Below, piece by piece: positions 61,101 to 64,000 of a stretch of DNA of 64,000 nucleotides. Source of the DNA: an uncultured Planctomycetales bacterium. GTDB taxonomy: Bacteria; Omnitrophota; Gorgyraeia; Zapsychrales; Fredricksoniimonadaceae. Location: the NCBI GenBank assembly GCA_964572155.1, contig CAZNDZ010000001.1:718290-782289 (forward strand), written 5' to 3'. Under the pieces are notes generated by a model. It did no database searches. It worked only from the letters and a program-made list of their open reading frames with translations, and was not told where the DNA came from. Positions within the stretch are counted from its first letter, which is position 1; the number at the start of each line of letters is the position of its first letter. Both the position numbers and the translations under genes were made by a program.

Positions 61101-64000
61101 AACGGGTGTTAATTGGAACGACATCAATTTGATCACCAGACTTGGCATCAACTGGAATGACTTAAATGCACTTAGCCGCACAGGTATTAATTGGAGTGAT
61201 TTTGCAGTATTGGCTAAGACGGGCATTAATTGGAATGATCTTGGTCGCTTGAGCACTGTTGGCATCAATTGGAATGATTTCAATGTCTTAAGCAAGACAG
61301 GTATCAACTGGAATGATTTAGGTGTCTTAAGCAAGACGGGTATCAATTGGAATGATATGAACCAAATGACACGCATCGGAGTCAATTGGAACGATATTGG
61401 CGTATTAAGCAAGACAGGTATTAATTGGAATGACTTTGGTGTATTAGCTAAGACGGGTATTAATTGGAATGATCTTGGTGTATTATCAAAGGCTTCAATT
61501 AATTGGGCTGGTATGAATACATTGAGTAATGCTGGTGTAAACTGGGCAAATTTAGGCATCTTAAGTAACGCGCAAGTTAATTGGTCTGATTTTGGAACTT
61601 TATCTAAGGCTGGCATTAACTGGAATGATTTAGGCATTATGAGCGAAATTGGCATCAACTGGCAAGACTTCAATCGTTTAAGCAGCACGGGCATTAATTG
61701 GAATAACATGAGCGTTATGAGCCGTGTCGCAATCAATTGGAATGACTTTGCAACGTTAAGTAATACAGGTATCAATTGGAACGATTTAGGTGTGGTCAGT
61801 AAGACGGGTGTCAATTGGAATGACTTTGGTGTCTTAAGCAAGACAGGTATCAATTGGTCAGACATTGGAGTTTTAGCGCGTACAGGTATTAATTGGAGTG
61901 ATTTCAATGTCTTAAGCAAGACAGGTATCAACTGGAATGACTTTGGTGTGTTGTCTAAAGTTGGGGTAAATTGGAATGACTTTGGTGTCTTAAGTAAGAC
62001 AGGTATTAACTGGAATGATTTAGGTGTATTAGGCAAGGTTGGCATTAACTGGAATGACTTTGGTGTATTAACTAAAACAGGCATCAATTGGAGCACCTTT
62101 GATGTGATTAGCAAAACAAATATTAATTGGAACGACTTTGGAGTTATGAGTAAGACTGGCATCAATTGGGGTGATTTAGGCGTCTTATCACGATCATCGA
62201 TTAATTGGGCTGGCATTACGTCACTCGCAAGTTCAGGCGTTAATTGGGAAAACTTCGGGGTCTTAACGAGCGCCGGTGTTAACTGGACCAACTTAAGTCA
62301 ATTAGCTGGCTCATCAATCAACTGGTCAGATTTAGGTGTGATGAGTACCACGGGTGTGAATTGGAGCGATCTTAATACCTTAAGCCGTACGGGTGTCAAT
62401 TGGAATGACTTTGGCGTCTTAGCTAAGGCTGGTATTAACTGGAATGACATGGGCGTATTAAGCCGCACCAGCATTAACTGGAGTGATTTCAGAGCGCTTA
62501 GCACCACAGGTATTAATTGGAATGATTTCAATATTCTGTCTAAGACGGGCATCAATTGGAGTAGCTTAGGTGTATTAAGCTCCTCTGGTATCAATTGGAC
62601 TGACTTCCAACGCTTAAGTACGACAGCAATCAATTGGGAAGATTTTGGAAGATTATCCACAGTCGGTATTAATTGGAATAACTTTGGTGTGATGAGCACG
62701 GTTGGTGTTAATTGGAATGATATCAACACATTGTCTAAGGCTGGTATTAACTGGAATGACTTAGGTGTTTGGAGCAAGGCAGGTATCAACTGGTCCAACT
62801 TTGACCTATTGACTAGAACAGATATCAACTGGAGTGATTTCTCATCCTTAACAAGAAATGGCATCAACTGGTCCAGCTTAGGTCAAATGAGTCAAGCAGG
62901 TGTTAATTGGAATGACTTTGCTGAGCTTGGTAGAATTGGCGTCAATTGGGAAGATTTCAATATCTTAACCCGCACAGGCATCAATTGGTCCAACTTTGGT
63001 GATATGACAACCAAGGGCGTCAACTGGATGGATATGAATCGTTTAACCATGGCTGGTGTGAATTGGAATGACATGAATGTGTTGACCAAGGCGGGCGTTA
63101 ATTGGGCTGGTATGTCTAACTTAACCAACAGCGGTGTAAATTGGGAAAGCATTGGTGGTTTATCTCGTACAACAATTAACTGGTTAGCGTTGGAAACAAT
63201 TTCTAGCGCAGGCGTCAACTGGGAAGGTATTGGTGTCATGAGCGACGCTGGTGTTAACTGGGCTGATTTTGCGAACCTCAGTACCCGTGGCGTCAATTGG
63301 GATGAAATTAGAAAAGTCACTGAAACAGGTATCAATTGGCAAGACTTAAACAGCCTTACAAACTCTGGTATTAACTGGAATAGCATCGGTTCCTTAACAA
63401 CATCGAACATTAATTGGACAGGCATTGATGTGATCTCTAGAACAACAATTAACTGGAATGATATTGGCAGATTATCAACTGTCGGTATCAACTGGACTGA
63501 TGTGTCTAAACAACATTCTGTTGGCATCAACTGGTACGACTTTGCCTTACAAACTGGTGCAGGTATTAATTGGGAAAATGTTTCGAGCGGTCAGTCTGGC
63601 GTCAACTGGGCAGGTATCAACTTCTTGATCAGCGGTGCTAGCGCGTTAAATAGAATTGGTGCAGCAACCGACTCAGCTAGCGCATCATCTACCACCTTGT
63701 TTGGAAAGCTTGGCTATGTGTCAGATCAGGTTACAAATTTAGGAACTACAACCGGATCTGCTGTTGATACTGTACTAACAACCGTGAATACAATTTCAGA
63801 TACATTGGGTTCTTCAACAGACACATCAGCATCAAACACGATCTTTGGTGATATCAAGAATGTTGAAGCCTACATTGGTACCAACACAACTGGTCAAAGC
63901 ATCTTTACAAACTTAGCGAATATTTCAACAGCCGCCACCAAGGGCAAGAGCAGTGCGGATGCTGCCTTAGGTTATACTCAAGAAATCATTGCGGCTATCG
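40105..64000 (+). CDS. Giant exported repeat protein, at least 7,965 aa, 3'-truncated by the window edge (absent from the ORF track)
   Basis: Frame +1 from ATG 40105 (alternative GTG 40078). Signal peptide MLKIKLQLKKLCVTTVILIVMSMVSSSAFA/QY; Ig-like domain ~40321-40632; NW repeats 40993-63612; non-repeat tail still open at 64000. Frame checked by hand at many positions. The track lists no + strand ORF here, as expected if the frame has no stop. Confidence 0.93.
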   Translation, partial: MLKIKLQLKKLCVTTVILIVMSMVSSSAFAQYSGGSQTGSGEATIGQDIFKGGRQGSSTVGTSNGGSALSHGVATKLYFAVQPSASKHSHTFDRQPVVVVQDANGNTVTDDNTTQIKLEIGNNPGNGYIEGVTTITVVNGVATFSNLNISKAGPLYTLKASATGLTTAYSESFEIYAGTGPKVAAVWDNAAGKYRIYTWVEQDNQRQDVDNTGDDTCDTHTIYAYDGSTEATLTMTKDDANDYCYTASGDAWTPSSTANSYFLDFQITLDASSYRTYAPLDLIKPALQGIRAKTDLINWTNVTDIKSKTDTINWTDVTTINAHTNSINWQDIGVLKSNVSSIKSITDTIDTSVNWQDIVVQTKSGVNWKDIASTTLKGINWDDLSVLTNVAVNWRELNVLGRAGVNWNDLNTLTRIGVNWRDFEVLGRARVNWSSMAEMGKVGINWYDMAVMSGARVTWSQQINWYSLADLTTAGVNWSDLNVMSAKNINWTDINSLSRAGVNWNNFGLLTTVGVNWNDLTVFSRTIINWDDYAVLSRSGINWANFGNLTTSSINWNDINVLSRNGVNWNDFGVLSKAGVNWNDLRIFTRAGVNWQGLNVFSNTYVNWDGLNLMSTNGVNWTNIGLLSTVGVNWADLNVMSRTGVNWGDLNRMSGLGVNWADLNRLSAVGVNWADLNVLTKSGINWYDMNSFTKAGINWTDFGVFSKTGINWNNINIYASANVNWQGLYVLTTSGINWSNIGTMTSTGINWNDFAVMTVKSLNWEDFGILSKVGVNWTDLGTFSKAGVNWYDIQSMGTKGINWNDFNILSKASINWTDFGSLGKAGINWNDIGVLSKNGVNWQDLNVMSKVGINWTDFNRLSGVAVNWSDIGVLSKIGVNWQDFNVISKVGVNWNDFGVLSKAGVNWRDLNILSSTGVNWYDMNILSNTGTNWSNFAVLSKVGVNWNDFGVLSKAGINWNDLTVMSRTNVNWGDLNRMSSLGVNWADLNRMSGLGVNWQDFTVLTKAGINWTDFGVIGRTGINWYDLNVFTKSGINWTDFGVYTKVSINWVSLALQSTNAVNWNDVAKLSASNVNWNFFSALSTTNVNWNDITVLSKAGINWNDIGVLAANGVNWNDLNVLTKVGVNWNDFAVLGKSGINWRDLGILSTVAINWQDFNVMSKTGVNWGDLNRMSSLGVNWADLNRMSALGVNWADFNVLTRSGINWNDFGVLSKTGVNWNDLGVLAKAGVNWNDFGVLSKIGINWNDLNVLSKVGTNWRDFAVLSTVAVNWQDMNVISKSGVNWNDFGVLSKSGVNWQDLNVLSKNGINWNEFVVLGRAGINWQDINVISKVGVNWSDFNVLSRNGVNWQDLNVLSKAGLNWQDFNVLSKSRVNWQDFTVLSSAAINWQDINVLSKAGANWQDLNVLTKGGVNWQDINTLTKAGINWQDMNQLTRTGINWQDVNVLTKTGVNWQNFNVLTSSGINWQDLNVLSKTAINWNDFGVLAKAGVNWNDLNVLSKSGVNWNDFGVLSKNGVNWNDLNVLTRSGINWNDMNALSRAAVNWNDFNVLTRTSINWQDFTSLSKAGVNWNDLNVLSKTGINWQDFNVITRTNVNWQDLNVLSKAGVNWNDFGVLTNSSVNWTGLNLLTTAGVNWANLNVLSTTGVNWADFGVLTKIGVNWSDLNVLTKSGVNWQDFGVLSKVGVNWQNFNVLSNAGINWNDIGVLAKTGINWNDLNVMSRTGVNWGDLNRMSSLGVNWADLNRMSGLGVNWADFTVLTKAGVNWNDFGVMSRVAANWYDLNVFTRASINWNDFGVLAKAGINWNDLNVVTKANVNWNDFAVLSKIGVNWQDMNVLTRNAVNWSDFSVMSRSSINWQGLNTLTTAGVNWTNLNVLSSTGVNWTDLGILTTTGINWQDFNTLSKAGVNWNDLGVLSKTSINWQDFTVLGKAGINWNSLGVMSKVGVNWNDFTVMSRSNVNWADLNSMSSLGVNWADLNRMSGLGVNWQDFTVLTKAGVNWNDFGVMSRVAVNWSDFNVLSKSGINWSDLGVLGKTGINWNDFNVLSKSSINWNDLGVLAKAGVNWNDFNVLSKSGVNWNDLNVLSKAGVNWNDINVITRVGVNWNDFVVLGRAGVNWNDFGVVSKTGINWNDFGVLAKAGINWNDLNVLSKVGVNWNDFGVLGKAGINWNDLNVLSRAAVNWSDINVLSKIGVNWQDLNVLTKTGVNWSDMGALSKAGVNWQNIGILSTVGVNWQDFNTLSKAGVNWNDFGVLSKVGVNWSDLNVLSKTGINWNDFGALSKIGVNWQDLNVLSKAGLNWNDIGVLSKTGINWNDFAVYSKVGINWQDFGVLSKAGLNWTDFGVLSKTGVNWQDLNVLTRNGVNWNDFGVLSKAGVNWNDLNVLSKIGINWSDFNVLTKSSINWNDLNVLSKSGVNWNDFGVLAKTGVNWQDFNVLTRTGVNWNDFGVISKVGVNWQDLNTLSKVGINWQDFAVLAKTSINWQDFAVLGKAGVNWNDFGVLSKSGVNWQDLNVMSRSAVNWGDLNHMSSVGVNWADLNRMSGLGVNWQDFTILTKAGVNWNDFGVMSKVGVNWSDLNVVSKIGVNWSDFTVLSKIGVNWQDLNVMSKVAVNWGDFAVLSKTSINWNDMNVLSRNNINWNDFGVMSKVGVNWNDMNVLSKANINWYDMNVLSKIGVNWQDLNVVSKTGVNWNDFGVMSKVGVNWNDLNVLSKSGINWHDFGVLTKSAVNWSGLNSLSTAGVNWSNLNLLSSANVNWTDLGILSSAGVNWNDMARLTTTAINWNDINVLTRTGINWNDLNVLSRIGMNWADYSVQTRAGINWYDLNVMSRTGVNWGDLNLMSSLGVNWADLNRMSGLGVNWQDFNVLTKAGINWNDFGVMSKVGANWNDLNVLTKVGINWMDVSVLGKTGINWQDLNTLSKSGINWNDFGVLSKIGVNWNDLNVLSRTGVNWNDVGVLSKTGVNWQNMNVLSNVGINWNDIGVLSKNGVNWNDLNVLTKSGINWNDIGVFSRVNINWQDLNVFSRTGINWNDFGVLSKIGVNWSDLGVMSKVAVNWSDFSVLSKTGLNWNDLNVLSRNNINWNDFGVISKVGINWNDMNVLSKANVNWIDVGVLSKTGVNWQDLNVLSKTAINWNDFGVLSKVGVNWNDFNVISKVGVNWNDFGVLSKIGVNWTDFGSLTKANINWNDLNVIGRTGINWNDFGVLSKVGVNWNDMNVLTKSGINWYDFNVLSKAGVNWYDMTVMTRNSVNWAGLSSLSNAGVNWTNLGILTSANVNWSDLGTLSKASINWVDIGLLGTSGINWSDVSVLSRTSVNWNDLNVLTKSGVNWNDFGVMSKIGVNWSDLNVISRTGVNWNDFGVLTKTAVNWQDLSVASRIGVNWNDFGVLSKIGVNWQDMNVLSKNGINWLDMNVLTKAGVNWSDAATLSKASINWNDFAVLGKTGINWYNFNVLSRVGVNWNDLAVMSRSSVNWSDLNSMSSLGVNWADLNRMSGLGVNWSDITVLSKSGINWNNFGVLSTVGINWNSLSVMGNVGVNWNDIQVISKTGINWNDLNVLTKTGVNWNDFGVMSKVGVNWSDLNVLSRTSINWNDMNVLTRIGVNWQDLNVLSKTGVNWNDFGVMSKIGVNWQDFNVLSKTGVNWNDFGVISKTGINWYDLNVLTKSGVNWNDFGVLSKVGVNWYDMNVITRNGINWNDFGVLSKAGVNWSDMNVITRIGMNWSDMSVLSKTGLNWSDIGVLSKTGVNWNDLNVVSRTGINWNDFGVLSKIGVNWSDMNVLSKTGINWYDFNVLSRAGINWRDLNILTKTSVNWVGLSSLSNAGVNWTNLGTLTSSSVNWSDLGALSNAGVNWNDFGVLSKTGINWQDLNVFTRASINWSDFGVLSKTGINWYDLNVVTKAGLNWNDIGVLSKNGINWNDIGVLSKVGINWNDISVVSKTSVNWSDLNVLTKAGINWNDFGVYSKAGINWYDMSVYSKVGINWYDMNILTKSGVNWNDLSILSKTAINWSDFGVMSKTGVNWYDLNVLSRVGVNWYDMNVLTRNSINWNSIASLSLNGINWSNFTVMSRAGVNWVDLGVLSTSSVNWTGMNVLSNASVNWIGIADLSHTNVNWAALQDISSANVNWEGIGVLSNSGVNWSDITVLSKNGINWSDLSVLGRTGINWNDIGVVSKTGINWNDLNILSKTGINWYDMNRLSNTGINWNDIGVLSKNGVNWNDFNVISKVGINWSDLGVLGKTGINWYDMNVLSKTNINWSDLNVLTKTGINWYDMNILSKTGINWYDMNVLSKTGINWNDFGVLSKNGINWNDMGVLTKVGINWSDFNVLSNSGVNWYDMNVLTKSGVNWYDLNVLSKNGINWNDFGVLSKVGINWNDFNVLSKSNINWYDFNVLSKVGVNWRDLGILTKSSINWQGLNDLSNSGVNWTNLSILSAASVNWSDFGTLSKAGVNWNDLGVLSRTGVNWSDWGVLTKTGINWSDLNVLSRTGLNWNDIGVLSKVGVNWSDLNVVSRTGVNWNDFGVLSKTGINWGDLGVLSKTGVNWYDINVLSKNNINWNDIGVLAKAGINWYDFNILSKAGVNWYDLNVLGKSGINWYDMNVLTKTGINWNDLGVLAKAGINWSDMNVMSRTGVNWGDLNRMSSLGVNWADLNRMSGIGVNWQDISVLSKNGINWNDFGVLSKTGINWNDIGVLSNTSINWYDFNVLSKTGINWNDLGVISKTGINWSDIGVLAKTGINWNDINVVSRTNINWSDFTVLSKTGINWNDISRLSTVGVNWNDIGVLSKNGINWNDLNVLSKTGINWNDFGVMSKVGVNWYDMNVLSRTGINWNDVNTLTRNGINWKDLSVFSNAAINWQGLNDLSNSGVNWTNLSILSSASVNWSDLGALSKAGVNWNDFGVLSKTGVNWSDLGILSKTGINWYDMNVLSKTGINWYDFNVLSRAGVNWGDLNVVSRTGVNWNDFGVLSKTGINWNDLGVLSKTGVNWYDFNVLSRAGVNWGDMNVISRTGINWNDFGVLSKAGVNWQDFNVVSRANINWYDYNVLSKAGINWNDFNVLSKAGVNWYDLNVLGKSGINWYDMNVLTKTGINWNDLGVLAKAGINWSDMNVMSRTGVNWGDLNRMSSLGVNWADLNRMSGIGVNWQDISVLSKNGINWNDFGVLSKTGINWNDIGVLAKTGINWYDFNVLSKTGINWNDLGVVSKTGINWSDIGVLAKTGINWNDINVVSRANINWYDFNVLSKTGINWNDMSRLSTVGINWNDIGVLSKNGINWNDLNVLSKTGINWYDFNRLSNTGINWSDMNVLSRTGINWNDFNVLSKTGVNWRDLSVFSNAAINWQGLNDLSNSGVNWTNLSILSAASVNWSDLGALSKAGVNWNDFGVLSKTGINWSDLGILSKTGINWYDMNVLSKTGINWYDFNVLSRAGVNWGDLNVVSRTGVNWNDFGVLSKTGINWNDLGVLSKTGVNWYDFNVLSRAGVNWGDMNVISRTGINWNDFGVLSKAGVNWQDFNVVSRANINWYDYNVLSKAGINWNDFNVLSKAGVNWYDLNVLGKSGINWYDMNVLTKTGINWNDLGVLAKAGINWSDMNVMSRTGVNWGDLNRMSSLGVNWADLNRMSGIGVNWQDISVLSKNGINWNDFGVLSKTGINWNDIGVLAKTGINWYDFNVLSKTGINWNDLGVVSKTGINWSDIGVLAKTGINWNDINVVSRANINWYDFNVLSKTGINWNDMSRLSTVGINWNDIGVLAKTGINWNDLNVLTKTGINWNDFGVLSKVGVNWNDLNVLSRTGINWNDVNTLTRNGINWRDLSVFSNAAINWQGLNDLSNSGVNWTNLSILSAASVNWSDLGALSKAGVNWNDFGVLSKTGINWSDLGILSKTGINWYDMNVLSKTGINWYDFNVLSRAGVNWGDLNVVSRTGVNWNDFGVLSKTGINWNDLGVLSKNGVNWYDFNVLSKSGINWNDMNVLTKTGINWYDMNVLSKSGVNWSDLNVLTKTGINWYDFNVLSKAGINWNDFGTLTKTGINWYDFNILSKTGINWNNFGVLSKVGINWNDMSVMSRASVNWADLNSMSSLGVNWADLNRMSSIGVNWNDIGVLSKTGINWNDFGVISKTGINWNDFGVLTKVGVNWNDLGVLAKTGINWSDFNVLTKTGINWSDLGVLAKTGVNWNDIGVLAKTGINWNDLNVLSRTNINWSDFGVLSKNGINWYDMNVLSRAGINWNDIGVLAKTGVNWNDFGVLSKTGINWNDLGVLAKASINWSDIGVLSKTGVNWNDLNVISRTGVNWNDFGVLSKVGVNWNDLNVLSQSSINWQDFNVLSKTGVNWRDLGVLTKSSINWQGLNDLTNSGVNWTNLSILSAASVNWSDLGALSKAGVNWNDFGVLSKNGINWNDMNVMSRTGVNWSDLNRMSSLGVNWADLNKMSSIGVNWQDIGVLSTTGINWHDFGVLSKTGINWNDFGVIGKMGINWSDFTVLSKVGINWNDMSVLSKNGINWNDIGVLAKTGINWNDLNVISRTNVNWSDIGVLSKTGLNWNDLNVLTRTGINWSDFGVLAKTGVNWNDLGVLSKTGVNWNDIGVLAKTGINWNDFGVLSKTGINWNDFGVLAKSGINWNDFGVMTKTGLNWNDLNVLTRTGINWYDMNRLSNTGINWNDMARLSTVGINWNDIGVLAKTGINWNDLNVLSKTAINWNDIGVLSKNGINWSDMNVLSRTGINWNDFNVLSRVAVNWRDMSVLSNASINWRGLNDLSNSGVNWTNLSILSAAAVNWSDFGALSKAGVNWNNLGVMSTVGINWNDFSKLSQTGINWNDLNVLSKSGINWSGIDVLSSAGVNWQNFGVLTNAGVNWTNMSLLSASAINWTDLGVMTTIGVNWNDIQALTTKGVNWNDFGVLSKVGINWNDMSVLARTGINWNDFNVLSRNGINWYDMNRLSNTGINWNDISVLARTGINWNDLGVVSKTGINWNDFGVLSKNGINWNDLGVLSKTGLNWSDFAVMGKTGINWNDLGVLSKTGVNWNDINLITRLGINWNDLNALSRTGINWSDFAVLAKTGINWNDLGRLSTVGINWNDFNVLSKTGINWNDLGVLSKTGINWNDMNQMTRIGVNWNDIGVLSKTGINWNDFGVLAKTGINWNDLGVLSKASINWAGMNTLSNAGVNWANLGILSNAQVNWSDFGTLSKAGINWNDLGIMSEIGINWQDFNRLSSTGINWNNMSVMSRVAINWNDFATLSNTGINWNDLGVVSKTGVNWNDFGVLSKTGINWSDIGVLARTGINWSDFNVLSKTGINWNDFGVLSKVGVNWNDFGVLSKTGINWNDLGVLGKVGINWNDFGVLTKTGINWSTFDVISKTNINWNDFGVMSKTGINWGDLGVLSRSSINWAGITSLASSGVNWENFGVLTSAGVNWTNLSQLAGSSINWSDLGVMSTTGVNWSDLNTLSRTGVNWNDFGVLAKAGINWNDMGVLSRTSINWSDFRALSTTGINWNDFNILSKTGINWSSLGVLSSSGINWTDFQRLSTTAINWEDFGRLSTVGINWNNFGVMSTVGVNWNDINTLSKAGINWNDLGVWSKAGINWSNFDLLTRTDINWSDFSSLTRNGINWSSLGQMSQAGVNWNDFAELGRIGVNWEDFNILTRTGINWSNFGDMTTKGVNWMDMNRLTMAGVNWNDMNVLTKAGVNWAGMSNLTNSGVNWESIGGLSRTTINWLALETISSAGVNWEGIGVMSDAGVNWADFANLSTRGVNWDEIRKVTETGINWQDLNSLTNSGINWNSIGSLTTSNINWTGIDVISRTTINWNDIGRLSTVGINWTDVSKQHSVGINWYDFALQTGAGINWENVSSGQSGVNWAGINFLISGASALNRIGAATDSASASSTTLFGKLGYVSDQVTNLGTTTGSAVDTVLTTVNTISDTLGSSTDTSASNTIFGDIKNVEAYIGTNTTGQSIFTNLANISTAATKGKSSADAALGYTQEIIAAI
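41161..63612 (+). repeat. Coding tandem array of ~575 39-bp (13-aa) units, consensus G[VI]NW[NSQY]D[FLMI][NG]V[LM]S[KR][TAVS]
   Basis: AAY-TGG recurs every 39 bp. Trp codons at 41497 and 63571 are 22,074 bp (566 x 39) apart, and every intermediate position checked is in the same phase. Confidence 0.97.
53850..57870 (+). repeat. Near-identical 1,443-bp (37-unit) tandem super-repeat, ~2.8 copies
   Basis: Same sequence at 53941/55384/56827 and at 54791/56234/57677. Two antisense ORFs start with the same sequence at 55181 and 56624, an offset of 1443. Confidence 0.9.

Noticed and set aside
41184-63530. Long minus-strand ORFs (up to 1276 aa) with FQLTP/FQLMP repeats
   Set aside because: Antisense shadows of the + strand 39-bp coding repeat: 'QL' is the reverse complement of AAY-TGG. 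They are broken by sporadic stops, whereas the + frame is continuous and has a signal peptide and domains.
41161-63612. CRISPR array or non-coding satellite
   Set aside because: No constant repeat with unique spacers, variation concentrates at synonymous codon positions, and no cas genes are present.

Overview
Bacterial genomic window, almost all on the + strand. The gene families suggest Candidatus Omnitrophota (PVC superphylum); this is an inference. 1-16.7 kb: the 3' part of ribF, then a dcw cluster (mraZ-rsmH-ftsL-ftsI-murE-murF-mraY-murD-ftsW-murG-[HExxH peptidase]-murC-ddl-ftsQ-ftsA) with a clear sigma70 promoter and MraZ boxes, but no murB and no ftsZ. 16.6-25 kb: two small hypothetical genes, tRNA-Arg(TCG), a membrane glycosyltransferase-like gene, a 1513-aa exported protein divided by recurring 'DAAM' motifs into partly duplicated modules, and a DUF5678-like/retropepsin pair. 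25-33.7 kb: gcvT-H-PA-PB, a lipoate ligase, an S41 peptidase, an AtpH-like fragment and glycosyltransferases. 33.8-64 kb: an apparent operon encoding a GspC/PilP-like protein, a secretin, a TPR protein, two FGE-sulfatase/C-type-lectin-fold exported paralogues and a giant gene. The giant gene is missing from the ORF track because it has no stop inside the window (40105 to >64000, at least 7,965 codons). Its product has a signal peptide, an Ig-like domain and about 575 tandem 13-residue repeats (G-[VI]-N-W-x-D-[FLMI]-[NG]-V-L-S-K-[TAV]). The repeats stay in strict 39-bp phase and show higher-order structure. The long minus-strand ORFs at 41-63.5 kb are antisense shadows of this gene.
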